Positions 38,249-48,875 of a stretch of DNA of 64,000 nucleotides are shown here, piece by piece (positions within the stretch are counted from its first letter, which is position 1; each line of letters opens with the position of its first letter). Position numbers and translations under genes: made by a program. This stretch comes from Candidatus Yanofskybacteria bacterium CG10_big_fil_rev_8_21_14_0_10_36_16 (lineage in GTDB: Bacteria > Patescibacteriota > Minisyncoccia > 2-02-FULL-40-12 > IGHO2-01-FULL-4-A), in assembly GCA_002794035.1 (NCBI GenBank), contig PCXQ01000003.1, forward strand, positions 19,451-83,450, read 5' to 3'. The notes under the pieces are model-generated. The model saw only the letters and a list, made by a program, of their open reading frames with translations, did not search any database and was not told the DNA's origin.

Positions 38249-39373
38249 ATGAAATTATTATATTCTTCGGCAGCTCTTGTTACAACCTTGGTGGGTGTTG
38301 GCATTTTTGGTATACCCTTTTCTTTTGTTAAGGCTGGTTTTGTGACTGGACTTGTGTTTTTAATAATTATTGTTGCATTGTCTTTGTTTAGAAATTTAAT
38401 GTTTGGTGAAATAATTCTGCGCACTCATGAGCGTCATCAAATAATAGGATACGCCGATATATATTTAGGTCCTCTTGGTAAAAAAATAGCTCTGTTTTCG
38501 TATATGCTTGGTATCTATGGTGCCTTGCTTGCTATCATTGCAATTAGCGGTAATTTTTGGGCTAATGTTTTTTTCTTTTTTGATTTTTCTTTAACAACAT
38601 TTAGTACCTTATTTTTTATATTGGCTACTTCCGTAATTGTTTTGGGGCTTAAAGGTGCTTCAAAAATTGATTTCGTGTTGTTGCTAATGTTTGTTTTTAT
38701 TGTGTCTATAATTTCTGTAATGAGCGCAGGTCGTATTGATGTAGCTAACTATAAGACACTTTTTTCTTTGGAATTCTGGTTCTTGCCCTTTGGAGTGGTT
38801 TTGTTTGCTATGGAAGGTTTATCTTCCATACCTCTTTTAAGAGAGGCATTAGTGGGAGAGGATTATTTAACAAGGAAGGCTATAACTTGGGGCACTTTAA
38901 TTCCTGCGGGGCTTTACCTTTTGTTTGCTATTATTATTGTTGGTGTGTCCGGTGATATTACATCACCAGATGCAATATCGGGACTCGGAGAATTTTTGGG
39001 AACAAAAGCTATTATTATTGGTTCTATTCTTGGCTTAATATCTACATTTACAGTTTTTGTTAACACTTCCTTAGCTCTTAAGAAATCTTTTATGTACGAT
39101 TTTGATATGGGCACAACCAAGGCTCAGCTTCTCGTGTCCTTACCTCCTTATCTGCTTTTCTTGTCAGGATTGAGGGATTTTATAGAAATTATTGGTCTTG
39201 TTGGTTCTATTGCAGTAAGTTTGATAACCATACTGCTTATATTTATTTTTATTAAAGCAAGAGAGGAAGGAGATCGTATTCCGGAATATACTATTTTTGC
39301 ACCAAAGTGGCTTCTTTATAGTATGATTTTAATATTTGGAGCAGGAATTGTGTATTCATTTATGTTTTTTTAA
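38249..39373 (+). CDS. Aromatic amino acid permease (Trp/Tyr, HAAAP-like)
   Basis: TLVGVGIFGIPF start, about 11 TM, LPFGVVLFA. Confidence 0.8.
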   Translation: MKLLYSSAALVTTLVGVGIFGIPFSFVKAGFVTGLVFLIIIVALSLFRNLMFGEIILRTHERHQIIGYADIYLGPLGKKIALFSYMLGIYGALLAIIAISGNFWANVFFFFDFSLTTFSTLFFILATSVIVLGLKGASKIDFVLLLMFVFIVSIISVMSAGRIDVANYKTLFSLEFWFLPFGVVLFAMEGLSSIPLLREALVGEDYLTRKAITWGTLIPAGLYLLFAIIIVGVSGDITSPDAISGLGEFLGTKAIIIGSILGLISTFTVFVNTSLALKKSFMYDFDMGTTKAQLLVSLPPYLLFLSGLRDFIEIIGLVGSIAVSLITILLIFIFIKAREEGDRIPEYTIFAPKWLLYSMILIFGAGIVYSFMFF

Positions 39374-39389
39374 TTTTATTTAATTTTTT

Positions 39390-40757
39390 ATGAGATTTAG
39401 AATAAATTCCCAAAATTTAGAAAAGGCACTATTCTATCTGCTTCTTTTTGCTATTCCTTTTGAGATAAAAAAGCACCTCTGGTCTTGGGGGCGTTTTAAT
39501 GTCGAGTGGACTTCTGGATTTTTGTGGGTATCTGACCTTTTAATTATCGGATTATTAATTTTGTGGCTGGTTAGGTCAAAATTTAAATTTAGATTAAAGC
39601 CTGATTTAATTGAAGTTTGTCTGCTGGCCTTTTTTATTATCTCGGGACTGTCGATTTTTATTGCTTCCATTAAGCCTATTGCAATATTTCAATTTGTGAA
39701 GCTAGCTGAATTTATCGGTTTGTTTTTTTATATACGTTATAATTTTGAAAAAGTTTTTTATTTTGTGCCGTCTTTGATGACTTTGGTATTTTCAGGATTT
39801 ATTCAAGCTTTTATTGCAATTAGTCAGTCTGTGACGCAGGGCGTTTTGGGTCTTAAATATTTTGGCGAGCCGGTATTTAAAAGTTTGGACACAATAGGTG
39901 TAGCAGTTTTTTATAGTGAGGGTGTAAAGTTTTTGCGAGCTTACGGAACAACACCCCATCCTAATGTTTTAGCAGCTTTTTTATTTTTTGGAATATTTTC
40001 TTTTTATTGGCTTTATTTAACTGGTTACAAAGAAACATCTGAGATCTGGCACAAGAAAATATATGAATATGGAATATTGGCGGTTTATGCAATTATGCTC
40101 CTTGCTTTTTTTTCTACTTTTTCAAGAATAATTATAGGATTTTGGGCACTAGGGGTAACGGCTCATATAGTCATAATATTAACTTACAAAAAGTTTGGTA
40201 ATTTTAGAAAGCATGCCCAAACACATATTTATCAGCTGGTGGTTGTTACTGGCATCGTTGCGGGTTTGTTTTCTTTGGTATATTGGCCTCAGTTAATGTC
40301 TCGAATCAATGTATCTATTGAGGAGGAAGCGATTACTCATCGTGTCCGTTACAATCATGTAGCAGGTGATATCTCAAACGACAGACCTCTTTTAGGAATA
40401 GGTCTCGGCCAATTTGTGCCAGAGTTTATGGAGCGTGAGCCTAATATGCATTATAATTTTTATCAGCCAGTTCATAATATTTATTTATTAATATTGTCTG
40501 AAACAGGATATTTTGGTTTTTTGTTTCTTGCAGTCTTTCTATTTGTTGGTTTTAAAAAATTTATAAGATCTTTAGATTTTACAAAGGTATATCATTATTC
40601 ATTCGTTATATTTGTTGTTACTGTTTTGGCGTTTGGAATTTTTGATCATTTCACATGGACTTTGCAAATGGGTAGGTTGATGTTGTGGATTACCCTGGGT
40701 TTCATATCTGCTATTGTCCTGCAAAACATTAGGTACAAAAAACGAATCAAAAATTAA
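39390..40757 (+). CDS. O-antigen ligase (Wzy_C) family membrane protein
   Basis: RAYGTTPHPNVLA, TFSR, PLLGIGLGQF, PVHNIYLLILSETG. Confidence 0.88.
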   Translation: MRFRINSQNLEKALFYLLLFAIPFEIKKHLWSWGRFNVEWTSGFLWVSDLLIIGLLILWLVRSKFKFRLKPDLIEVCLLAFFIISGLSIFIASIKPIAIFQFVKLAEFIGLFFYIRYNFEKVFYFVPSLMTLVFSGFIQAFIAISQSVTQGVLGLKYFGEPVFKSLDTIGVAVFYSEGVKFLRAYGTTPHPNVLAAFLFFGIFSFYWLYLTGYKETSEIWHKKIYEYGILAVYAIMLLAFFSTFSRIIIGFWALGVTAHIVIILTYKKFGNFRKHAQTHIYQLVVVTGIVAGLFSLVYWPQLMSRINVSIEEEAITHRVRYNHVAGDISNDRPLLGIGLGQFVPEFMEREPNMHYNFYQPVHNIYLLILSETGYFGFLFLAVFLFVGFKKFIRSLDFTKVYHYSFVIFVVTVLAFGIFDHFTWTLQMGRLMLWITLGFISAIVLQNIRYKKRIKN

Positions 40758-40859
40758 AAATTTAAACTAATTTTAATTTAAGAGTATTAACCCGTTTTTT
40801 TTGATTTGTGAACAACTATATAGTAATTCGGAGTGTTTTGTGGTATATTGTCTTTATAA

Positions 40860-42158
40860 ATGTTTAAACTAAAAAAACTAACTATTTTCACGTTTTTGGC
40901 GCTGTTTTTAATGTTAACGCCAGCTCTAGCTTTTGCCGATTCAGGCAGGTTTTTTGTTAAAACAACAAGTGGTTTTTGGAAAGTTGCATTAGGTGCAAGA
41001 CATGTTTTTGATGCTGGTTTTAGTGCTGAATTAAATGATTTTCAGTTTAGGTTTGCAAAAATATTCGGACTTGAAGTTGAAGAAGTAGATATATTCAATG
41101 TTTTGCCAGAATCTGTCATGGTGGAAGAAGTTATTGAACAAAAAGCTTCCGAAGTTGCTTCTGATGTCGTAAGTCAGGTACCTGCTTCTTCTGATGTAGG
41201 TGCAGAGGTAGAGGTAAAACCAGAAAATAATAAAGGAAACAAGCCAGATAATTCTGATGTGCAAAGAATTAAACCGTCTGATCAAACACCATGGGGGATT
41301 GAAGTGGTTTATAATAATTCCGAAATTGCTTCTACTTCCGGCGGTTTTAATGTGAATGTTGCCGTGCTTGATACTGGTGTGAATTTTGATCATCCAGATT
41401 TAAGCGGAGTTAAGGGAACTTGTTTCGATTTTACGAGTCCTGTGAAAGCAGTAAAAGAGGGTAGTTGTGGTGATAAAAATGGTCACGGTACTCATGTAGC
41501 AGGTATTGTAGGAGCTAATTCTGGTGCTGATGGCTTAGGTGTTTATGGCGTAGCACCTTTAGTTTCTGTTTCGGCATACAAGGTTTGCGGCAATAATGGT
41601 TTTTGTTTTGCTGATGATATTGCGTCAGCATTAAGACACGCAGCTGATAACGGAATAAATGTTGTTAATATGAGTTTGGGCAGTGATGCAGATTCATCTT
41701 TAATAAGTAGTGCTGTTGATTACGCTTTTTCCAAAGGGGTATTAATGGTTTCTGCATCAGGCAACGATGGACCTTTTGAAAACAGTATTGACTTCCCTGC
41801 CGCTTACAAAGAAGTTGTGGCAGTGGGCGCCATTAACTCATTGATTGAGATAACCGAATGGAGCTCAAGGGGCAACAACTTAAAAACAGAACCTTTTGTG
41901 GTTGAGGATGGTGACATAGAGTTTGCTTTGCCCGGAGAAAACATTGAGTCAACATGGAAGGACAACGGGTATGCCATTCTTTCAGGAACATCAATGGCAT
42001 CTCCTTTCTTATCCGGTCTCGCCGCTAAATATTGGCAGTTTGATGCCGAAGATCCAGCAGCTGCAACAAGAGAGTTTTTGCATTTATTGGCTTCAGATAT
42101 TGATGGCGTAGGAGATGACAATGCGTCTGGATTTGGTTTGGTTAGGGTGTCTGAGTAG
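40860..42158 (+). CDS. Secreted subtilisin-like S8 serine protease
   Basis: Signal peptide; catalytic triad in VLDTG, HGTHVAG and SGTSMASP. Confidence 0.93.
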   Translation: MFKLKKLTIFTFLALFLMLTPALAFADSGRFFVKTTSGFWKVALGARHVFDAGFSAELNDFQFRFAKIFGLEVEEVDIFNVLPESVMVEEVIEQKASEVASDVVSQVPASSDVGAEVEVKPENNKGNKPDNSDVQRIKPSDQTPWGIEVVYNNSEIASTSGGFNVNVAVLDTGVNFDHPDLSGVKGTCFDFTSPVKAVKEGSCGDKNGHGTHVAGIVGANSGADGLGVYGVAPLVSVSAYKVCGNNGFCFADDIASALRHAADNGINVVNMSLGSDADSSLISSAVDYAFSKGVLMVSASGNDGPFENSIDFPAAYKEVVAVGAINSLIEITEWSSRGNNLKTEPFVVEDGDIEFALPGENIESTWKDNGYAILSGTSMASPFLSGLAAKYWQFDAEDPAAATREFLHLLASDIDGVGDDNASGFGLVRVSE

Positions 42159-42199
42159 GATTTAGATTATAGTTTTGTTTAAAAAATAATTAGTTAAGA

Positions 42200-42832
42200 T
42201 TGGTTATTAATAGATTAATAAAATATTTGTTGGCATATGATTTAATACTCAGCTTTGCGCTGGGTCTTTTAGTGCCATTTCTTTCCGTGTTTGTTATCCA
42301 AGATATCCATGGGGGGAATATTAAGGTTGCCGGTCTTTCTTTTACTGTTTACTGGTTGGTGAGAGTTATCACAGTAACGCCTTTGGCTAGATTTATGGAT
42401 AGTCATGATGGAGAAAGGGATGAATACTTTTTTACGATCGCAGGATCTTTCATGCTTTCAACCCTGATGTTGTTTTTTATATGGGCTGATAAAGCTTGGC
42501 ATATATATTTAATCCAGGGCTTAATCGGTGCTTCTAATTCAATGGCGGTGCCGGGTTGGAGAATATTATTTACTGATCATTTAGATAAAGGCAAGGTTGG
42601 TCTCGAGTGGTCTTTTGATGATATTGTTATAGGCATATCTACTGCCGTGAGTGCTTATTTGGGAGCTATTATTGTTGATGATTACGGATTTAAAACCTTG
42701 TTTGTTATAATATCTATATTGGGGTATATAGGCACCCTTATGTTGATTCCAACTTGGAAAAGCATTAGAAAAAAGCCTAAACACAAAAGAAAGAGAACTT
42801 TGATTGCAAAAGATCCCTTCCCAAGTGGATAG
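42200..42832 (+). CDS. Half-size (6-TM) MFS transporter-like protein
   Basis: 210 aa, six hydrophobic segments, motif-A-like ARFMDSHDGERDE. Confidence 0.7.
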   Translation: MVINRLIKYLLAYDLILSFALGLLVPFLSVFVIQDIHGGNIKVAGLSFTVYWLVRVITVTPLARFMDSHDGERDEYFFTIAGSFMLSTLMLFFIWADKAWHIYLIQGLIGASNSMAVPGWRILFTDHLDKGKVGLEWSFDDIVIGISTAVSAYLGAIIVDDYGFKTLFVIISILGYIGTLMLIPTWKSIRKKPKHKRKRTLIAKDPFPSG

Positions 42833-42870
42833 ATAAAATGTTTGTTTTTAATAAAATAAGTTTTTTAAAT

Positions 42871-43203
42871 ATGAAAAAGTTTTTGCGATTATTATTGGTA
42901 ATATTGGCTGTAAAAAAGTATCATGACAAGGTTCATGGCATTATCCAATTTGCTGGTAAGATTCGCGGAGCCATTCTTTTTATGCTAACTATCGCTATTG
43001 CTTTAATTACTATAGGTGTCTTTTTCCTCCTTCAAAACTTCGGTGTGATACCTGAAATTGTTTGGGGTACTATTTGGCCATCCGTTCTAATCATTGTAGG
43101 GGTGTACTTATTTGTAAAGGTTCATCATTTTTACAGTTTTATTAGAAAAATGCATAAAATGGCGGATAAGATAGAGAAGAAATTTATGCACCCCATGGAT
43201 TAA
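42871..43203 (+). CDS. Small membrane protein (LiaF/DUF5668-like TM hairpin)
   Basis: LITIGVFFLLQNFG..IWPSVLIIVG. Start may instead be ATG 42982. Confidence 0.65.
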   Translation: MKKFLRLLLVILAVKKYHDKVHGIIQFAGKIRGAILFMLTIAIALITIGVFFLLQNFGVIPEIVWGTIWPSVLIIVGVYLFVKVHHFYSFIRKMHKMADKIEKKFMHPMD

Positions 43204-43303
43204 AAATGTTTTTTAAAAAATAAAAGCGCTCGATTAAGAGTGTTTTTATTTTTTTAATTTAGTAATTGTTTTATAGCATGCTGTGTGATAAGCATATCTT
43301 TTT

Positions 43304-43687
43304 ATGAGTATTAAAAAAATATTTTTTATATTTATAACTGCTTTTTTGCTCAATACTGTTTGGGAGCATTTGCATTCTTTGCTGTATATTCATTATAAAG
43401 GCGGTGAAATAACAAATTTTATTTTGTTTAGAGCTACGCTCTTTGATGCTGTTTTTATAACAGTTTTAATTTTTGTTATGGCCAACATAAAATCTTTGAA
43501 CAAAACTTGGTTTCTTGTTTCCGTTAGTGTTGCCACAGCAATTTTAATAGAGATTTATGCACTCAGTACCGGAAGATGGGCTTATGGTGCAATGCCGGTT
43601 ATCCCTATTATAAATACAGGTCTTACTCCTACTGTTCAGCTTGCATTCCTTGGCTACATAACTAAAAGACTCAATAAGATTTCATAA
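43304..43687 (+). CDS. Hypothetical membrane protein
   Basis: LN-VWE-LH, GRWAY and GLTP-VQ pattern; hydrophobic. Confidence 0.7.
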   Translation: MSIKKIFFIFITAFLLNTVWEHLHSLLYIHYKGGEITNFILFRATLFDAVFITVLIFVMANIKSLNKTWFLVSVSVATAILIEIYALSTGRWAYGAMPVIPIINTGLTPTVQLAFLGYITKRLNKIS

Positions 43688-43744
43688 GATATGACCTGTT
43701 TTGACTATTTGTAAAAAATAAATCAAAAAGATAAAATTAAATTA

Positions 43745-44506
43745 ATGGCAAGAATTATCGGAGTTATAAATCAAAAGGGAGGAACAGCCAAAACGACTAC
43801 GTCGGTTAATTTGGGCGCATATTTAGCGGCTTTGGGAAAAAATGTTCTTTTGGTTGATTTAGATCCCCAAGCAAATGCCACAACTGGCGTGGGGCATCGT
43901 TTAAGGGAAGAAGATTTTAATATATACCATGCAATGATAGATGATTCAGAACCCGGTGCTTTAGTTAGAAATACAGGTATTTTTGGTTTTAATGTATTGC
44001 CTTCGGCTTCTTCGTTGGCTGGAGCTACCGTCGAGCTTGCTTCGCTTAATGGCCGTGAGTTTCGTCTAAAAAACGTAATTAATAAGGTTAGATTTGATTA
44101 CGATTACGTTATAATAGATAGTCCGCCTTCTCTTGGACTTTTAACAATAAACGGACTTGCAGCATCTGAGTATTTGGTAATACCGGTCCAATGCGAATAT
44201 TATGCCCTTGAGGGTCTGACGCAGCTTCTTGAAACAATAGAGCTTGTCAGAGCATCGGTAAACCCAGAACTTAAAATAATGGGTGTTCTAATGACTATGT
44301 ATGACAAAAGAAACAAGCTTGCCAGAGAAGTGGTAAGAGAGGTTAGAGAAAATTTTCCCGGACATGTATTTGAATCAGTTATACCAAGGGCTATTTCTCT
44401 TGCAGAAGCTCCAAGTTTTGGAAAAACAATTTACCAATTTGATCCACAATCAAAAGGAGCAAGGGCCTATAGAGATTTAGCGGAAGAAGTGATAGAATTA
44501 TTATAG
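43745..44506 (+). CDS. parA: Chromosome partition ATPase Soj/ParA
   Basis: NQKGGTAKTT, DLDPQANAT, IDSPPSLG, PVQCEYYALEG, LAEAPS. Confidence 0.95.
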   Translation: MARIIGVINQKGGTAKTTTSVNLGAYLAALGKNVLLVDLDPQANATTGVGHRLREEDFNIYHAMIDDSEPGALVRNTGIFGFNVLPSASSLAGATVELASLNGREFRLKNVINKVRFDYDYVIIDSPPSLGLLTINGLAASEYLVIPVQCEYYALEGLTQLLETIELVRASVNPELKIMGVLMTMYDKRNKLAREVVREVRENFPGHVFESVIPRAISLAEAPSFGKTIYQFDPQSKGARAYRDLAEEVIELL

Positions 44507-44537
44507 TCTTTTTTAATATTTTTTATAACTTAAAATT

Positions 44538-45428
44538 ATGTCTAAAAAAATGTTCGGACTTGGGCGAGGACTCGAGTCTTTAATAGCCACTAAAACAAAC
44601 AGGTCAGTTCCTCAAATTCAGGACAATATTTTTTATATTGAAATAAGTAAAATTAGACCAAACGAGAATCAGCCAAGAACAGATTTTGATAAAAAGAGCC
44701 TTGAGGAATTGGCAGAATCAATAAAAAAATACGGCATATTACAGCCTCTTTTAGTGTCCAAGCGTGAGGTAGAAAAAGGTAGAGGTATTGATGTGAATTA
44801 TGAAATAATTGCAGGAGAGCGAAGATGGCGCGCTTCTCAAATTGCTGGCCTTCCCCATGTGCCTGTTATAGTGAAGGACAACTTTGATCAAAGCAAGGCC
44901 AAATTAGAGGCAGCATTAGTTGAAAACCTACAAAGAGAAAATCTTAACCCAATGGAAGAAGCTGAGGCATATAAGCGTCTTGCTGATGAGTTTAAGTTAA
45001 AACAAAAGGAGGTCGCAGAGCGCGTAGGCAAGAGCAGGGAAGTTGTAGCTAACGCCATGCGTCTTGCAGAACTTCCTGCAGAAATAAAAGAAGCTGTTAG
45101 ATCGGGCAAGATATCCAGAACACACGCAAGAGCGCTTCTTTCATTTTCGGAACCAGAAAAGCAAAAACAAATGTTTAAAAGAATACTTGCCGGTAATTTT
45201 TCTACTAAAGACTTAGAACAGCACGCAAAAGAAGAAAAAGTAAATATTAATAAAGGCAATCAATCAACTAATCAAGTTCACCCCAAGTTCACAGAATTGC
45301 AGGATAATCTATCGGGCAAGCTCGGGACAGCCGTGTTTGTGAGAAGTGGAGCATCGGGGGGTAACATTACAATCAAATTCTCAAATCTTGAAGAATTAAA
45401 TAATATCGTGAAAGTTATACTTGACTAA
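44538..45428 (+). CDS. parB: Chromosome partition protein Spo0J/ParB
   Basis: GLGRGL, QPR, GILQP, AGERRWRA, ENLQRENLNP, HTH. Confidence 0.95.
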   Translation: MSKKMFGLGRGLESLIATKTNRSVPQIQDNIFYIEISKIRPNENQPRTDFDKKSLEELAESIKKYGILQPLLVSKREVEKGRGIDVNYEIIAGERRWRASQIAGLPHVPVIVKDNFDQSKAKLEAALVENLQRENLNPMEEAEAYKRLADEFKLKQKEVAERVGKSREVVANAMRLAELPAEIKEAVRSGKISRTHARALLSFSEPEKQKQMFKRILAGNFSTKDLEQHAKEEKVNINKGNQSTNQVHPKFTELQDNLSGKLGTAVFVRSGASGGNITIKFSNLEELNNIVKVILD

Positions 45429-45449
45429 TCTGTGATTATTTAATATAAT
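45421..45449 (+). promoter_or_regulatory. Near-consensus sigma70 promoter of the orphan cassette
   Basis: TTGACT (45421-45426), 17-nt spacer, TATAAT (45444-45449). Confidence 0.75.
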
Positions 45450-45493
45450 TAATGATGTAAAGTTTTTTAACACGAGGTGCGAAAGGAGCAAGA

Positions 45494-45802
45494 ATGGAAG
45501 ACAAAGGTATCTTTTGGTACTCAGCATTAGAATTATTTGGGATTGATGAAGGGTCTAATATCCATCAAGTTATTGTTAGATTAAACGAGATGGGCAAAAT
45601 GAAAGTTTCCTTATTTCAGATTATGATGAGGTATGTAAAAAACGATCTCCCAATAACGGGCAGTATTGATGAAGATACAATCCGGGTTATTTCCAATTTA
45701 TACGAAGGGGCCAAGAAAGAAATAGAAAATCTAGATGAAGAAGTTGATAGAATTGTTAAGAAAATTTCAATGTGGGAAGAGCCCTCCATTCATATCGGCT
45801 AA
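45494..45802 (+). CDS. Orphan hypothetical protein (SD-led cassette)
   Basis: Own promoter, AAAGGAG 45482-45488, bidirectional terminator 45824-45852. Confidence 0.7.
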   Translation: MEDKGIFWYSALELFGIDEGSNIHQVIVRLNEMGKMKVSLFQIMMRYVKNDLPITGSIDEDTIRVISNLYEGAKKEIENLDEEVDRIVKKISMWEEPSIHIG

Positions 45803-45867
45803 TTATCGGCTAAAAGAGTTTGCAAAAGCCCTGCACTATGCGGGGCTTTTTATTTTTTTGGTTCGTA

Positions 45868-48066
45868 TTATTTTTTCTTTGTTTTAACCGTTTTTTTATT
45901 TGCTCCTTTTTCTGTTCTTTCCTTGTCTTTTTCTAGTGCTTCTTCAAGATCTTTTTCATTTTCAGGTTTTTTAGACATTGTAAACTTACAGTCAGGGTAG
46001 TTGTTGCACGCATAAAATGTTTGACCTCGACCTCTAGATTTTCTTTCTACTATTTCACCTTTGTCGCATTTAGGGCATTTAAAGCCAGTCTTGTTTTCTA
46101 TTTTTTTAATACCTTTGCAGGTTGGATAGTCCTGACAGCCCAAAAAGTATCCATAACGTCCACGTTTTACTTCCATTAATTTACCGCATTCTGGGCATTT
46201 TTCGCCTTCGGTTTTTTCTTCTAATTGTTTAATCATAGCTTCTTCTTCCGGCAGGGGTTTTGTCCCTCCGCATTCCTTATCAGGGCACATGAGGAATTTA
46301 CCATGTCGGCCGAATTTTATAACCATTTTTTTATTGCATTTCGGGCAGGGGACTTCAGTTTCTTCTGTCGCTTGTTCAACTATTTTTACTTTTTTGTCTA
46401 AATTTTCCTTGAAGGGCCCGTAAAATTCTTTAATTACCGGCACCCAATCAGACTTACCCTCAGCTATTTGATCAAAGGACTCTTCAATGTGAGATGTGAA
46501 TTTTAGATCAACAATTTTAGGAAAATGCTCAACCAACATGTCGTTTACCAATATGCCGATTTCAGTAGGCTTATATTTTTTTTCTTCTTTTTCGACATAC
46601 CCCCTTGTTTGTATTGTGCTTAATGTTGGAGCATATGTTGATGGACGACCAATGCCTTCTTTTTCAAGGGTTTTAACAAGAGATGCGTCTGTGTATCTTG
46701 GAGGAGGCTGGGTAAAGTGTTGTTCGGGTTTTAGTTCTTTAAAGTTCAAAATCTCACCCTCATCAAGTTTTGGCAATTCAACATCCTCTGAAGAACGCCC
46801 ATATACTTTTAGAAAACCATCAAATTTCATTACTTGCCCATTGGCCCTGAAAATGTATTCATTGGATTTTGGATTTTGGATTTTGGATTTTGCCGATATA
46901 TCGGCGCTTGTTTGGTCATATAGGGCTGGCTTCATTTGACTGGCTAGGGTTCTTCGCCATATAAGGTCATATATTTTTTTCTGGCCTGGATCGATTTTGC
47001 CCAAGTCTTCGGGTTCTTTTGCAAGATTTGTTGGACGTATAGCTTCATGAGCTTCCTGAGCGCCCTTTGATTTTGTTTTATATTTTCTTGCTTCAGAATA
47101 ATTTTCACCAAATTTTTCGGTTATTACCTTTTTGGCTTGTACCAAAGCAGACTCCGCAATATTAACGCTGTCTGTTCTCATATAAGTAATATGTCCTGTT
47201 TCATATAGTTTTTGTGCATGCATCATTGTTTGCTTGGCTGACATTCCGTATTTCCTTGAAGCGGCTTGTTGAAGTGTTGAGGTGGTAAAAGGGGACACTG
47301 GATTTTTCTTTGCTTCTTTGCTTTCTATGTGTAATACCTTATATTCTGCGCCATCTAAATTTTTTATTATTTCATTTATTTCTTCTTCTTTCTTTATCTC
47401 TAACTTATCCAAGGTCTTATTCCCTATTTTATTTAGTCTTGCGGAAAATTCCTTTCCTTCTTTTTCAAAAACACTATCTAATGTCCAGTATTCTTCTTTG
47501 ATAAACTTTTCAATTTCCCGCTCCCGTTCAACTATGAGACGAAGGGCAACTGACTGAACCCTGCCTGCTGAAAGACCGTAACGTATTTTTTTCCACAAAA
47601 AAGGCGAAAGCTCGTAGCCTACGAGCCTATCAAGCACGCGCCTTGCCTGCTGGGCATCAACTAGGTGCATGTCAATATCTCGAGGGTTTTCAAGAGCTTT
47701 TTCAATGGCTGGTTTTGTGATTTCATGAAATACTATGCGTTTTACTTTTTTGCTTGTTCTGGGGCCATCAAGACCAAGAGCTTTAGTGAGATGCCATGCA
47801 ATGGCCTCTCCTTCACGGTCTTCATCAGTTGCGAGTATTACATCATCTGTTTTTTTAAGAGCGTCTTTTAGTTCTGCAACTTGTTTTTTTGCTTTGGCTG
47901 GAATTAAGTATTTGGGTTGGAAATTGTTTTCTATATCTACACCAATACGGGACTTAGGTAAGTCCCTGATGTGCCCCATGGAAGAGCGAACCAAATAACC
48001 GCTTCCAAGAAACTTTGTTATTGTTTTGGCTTTAGTTGGTGATTCTACAATTATTAAACTTGACAT
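45868..48066 (-). CDS. topA: DNA topoisomerase I
   Basis: IVESPTKAK, ATDEDREGE, SAGRVQS, ITYMRTD and C-terminal Zn ribbons. Start ATG 48066. Confidence 0.97.
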   Translation of the reverse strand: MSSLIIVESPTKAKTITKFLGSGYLVRSSMGHIRDLPKSRIGVDIENNFQPKYLIPAKAKKQVAELKDALKKTDDVILATDEDREGEAIAWHLTKALGLDGPRTSKKVKRIVFHEITKPAIEKALENPRDIDMHLVDAQQARRVLDRLVGYELSPFLWKKIRYGLSAGRVQSVALRLIVEREREIEKFIKEEYWTLDSVFEKEGKEFSARLNKIGNKTLDKLEIKKEEEINEIIKNLDGAEYKVLHIESKEAKKNPVSPFTTSTLQQAASRKYGMSAKQTMMHAQKLYETGHITYMRTDSVNIAESALVQAKKVITEKFGENYSEARKYKTKSKGAQEAHEAIRPTNLAKEPEDLGKIDPGQKKIYDLIWRRTLASQMKPALYDQTSADISAKSKIQNPKSNEYIFRANGQVMKFDGFLKVYGRSSEDVELPKLDEGEILNFKELKPEQHFTQPPPRYTDASLVKTLEKEGIGRPSTYAPTLSTIQTRGYVEKEEKKYKPTEIGILVNDMLVEHFPKIVDLKFTSHIEESFDQIAEGKSDWVPVIKEFYGPFKENLDKKVKIVEQATEETEVPCPKCNKKMVIKFGRHGKFLMCPDKECGGTKPLPEEEAMIKQLEEKTEGEKCPECGKLMEVKRGRYGYFLGCQDYPTCKGIKKIENKTGFKCPKCDKGEIVERKSRGRGQTFYACNNYPDCKFTMSKKPENEKDLEEALEKDKERTEKGANKKTVKTKKK

Positions 48067-48135
48067 AGTCCTGATAATATGATAAATATATAAAAATGTC
48101 AAATAGATAGACCTTTAAAAATAAAGGAGACAGAA

Positions 48136-48684
48136 ATGACAAAAAAAGGATTCATGTGGATGTTTGTTTTAATGTGGATTGTCTTTTTAAGTAATACTTT
48201 TGCATTATTTGCTGTACTTCCAGAGAAGCCCAGTGAGGATTTTGCAGTTGTGTATTTTGTTACCTTTGCTTCTGAAATTATTCTTTTTTGTTGGCTTATT
48301 TTTTTGTTTTCTGGCAGTTTCAATAATCTTTTATATAAAAATTGGACGGTTGTTGAACATTTCATAATTAAAGATCATAATCTTAGGCCCATCTATAGAG
48401 AATATAATAGGCAAGAAGGAAAAGTAATTATTTGGACTGTTGATAGCGACGGAAAAGTAAAAAGGGGAATTGTTAAAGATGAACAAACAGATAAATTTTT
48501 AAAGATGGAAGGCAGTATCCCCGCGATTGAAAATTTACCACATATAACAACTTTGTCTGGTGAAAAATATCTTAGACACGAAAATTTGCCAAATACTCAC
48601 CATGCTGTGAATTGTGTTGATGTTAAAGAGGAAGAACTTCAAGAAGTGCATGAAATAAGTGATGCTGGAGACATTAAAACATAA
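48136..48684 (+). CDS. Orphan 2-TM membrane protein (SD-led cassette)
   Basis: AAAGGAG 48123-48129; terminator gaccccg..cggggtctttt 48696-48722; sits between dprA and topA on the opposite strand. Confidence 0.7.
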   Translation: MTKKGFMWMFVLMWIVFLSNTFALFAVLPEKPSEDFAVVYFVTFASEIILFCWLIFLFSGSFNNLLYKNWTVVEHFIIKDHNLRPIYREYNRQEGKVIIWTVDSDGKVKRGIVKDEQTDKFLKMEGSIPAIENLPHITTLSGEKYLRHENLPNTHHAVNCVDVKEEELQEVHEISDAGDIKT

Positions 48685-48875
48685 TTTTTTCTTCCGACCC
48701 CGTGTAGCGGGGTCTTTTTTTATTGCCTCCTGTAGTAACTCAGTATTTTTTTAATTATCTTTATTATTTGGTTTTATTACTTCTGTGACAAGTGATCACA
48801 AATTAATAACCGAGGCATTTTTTATAAGTTCTTACTTTCAAAAAATGCCTCCCTTATTCTGCTGAGCACTCTTTT

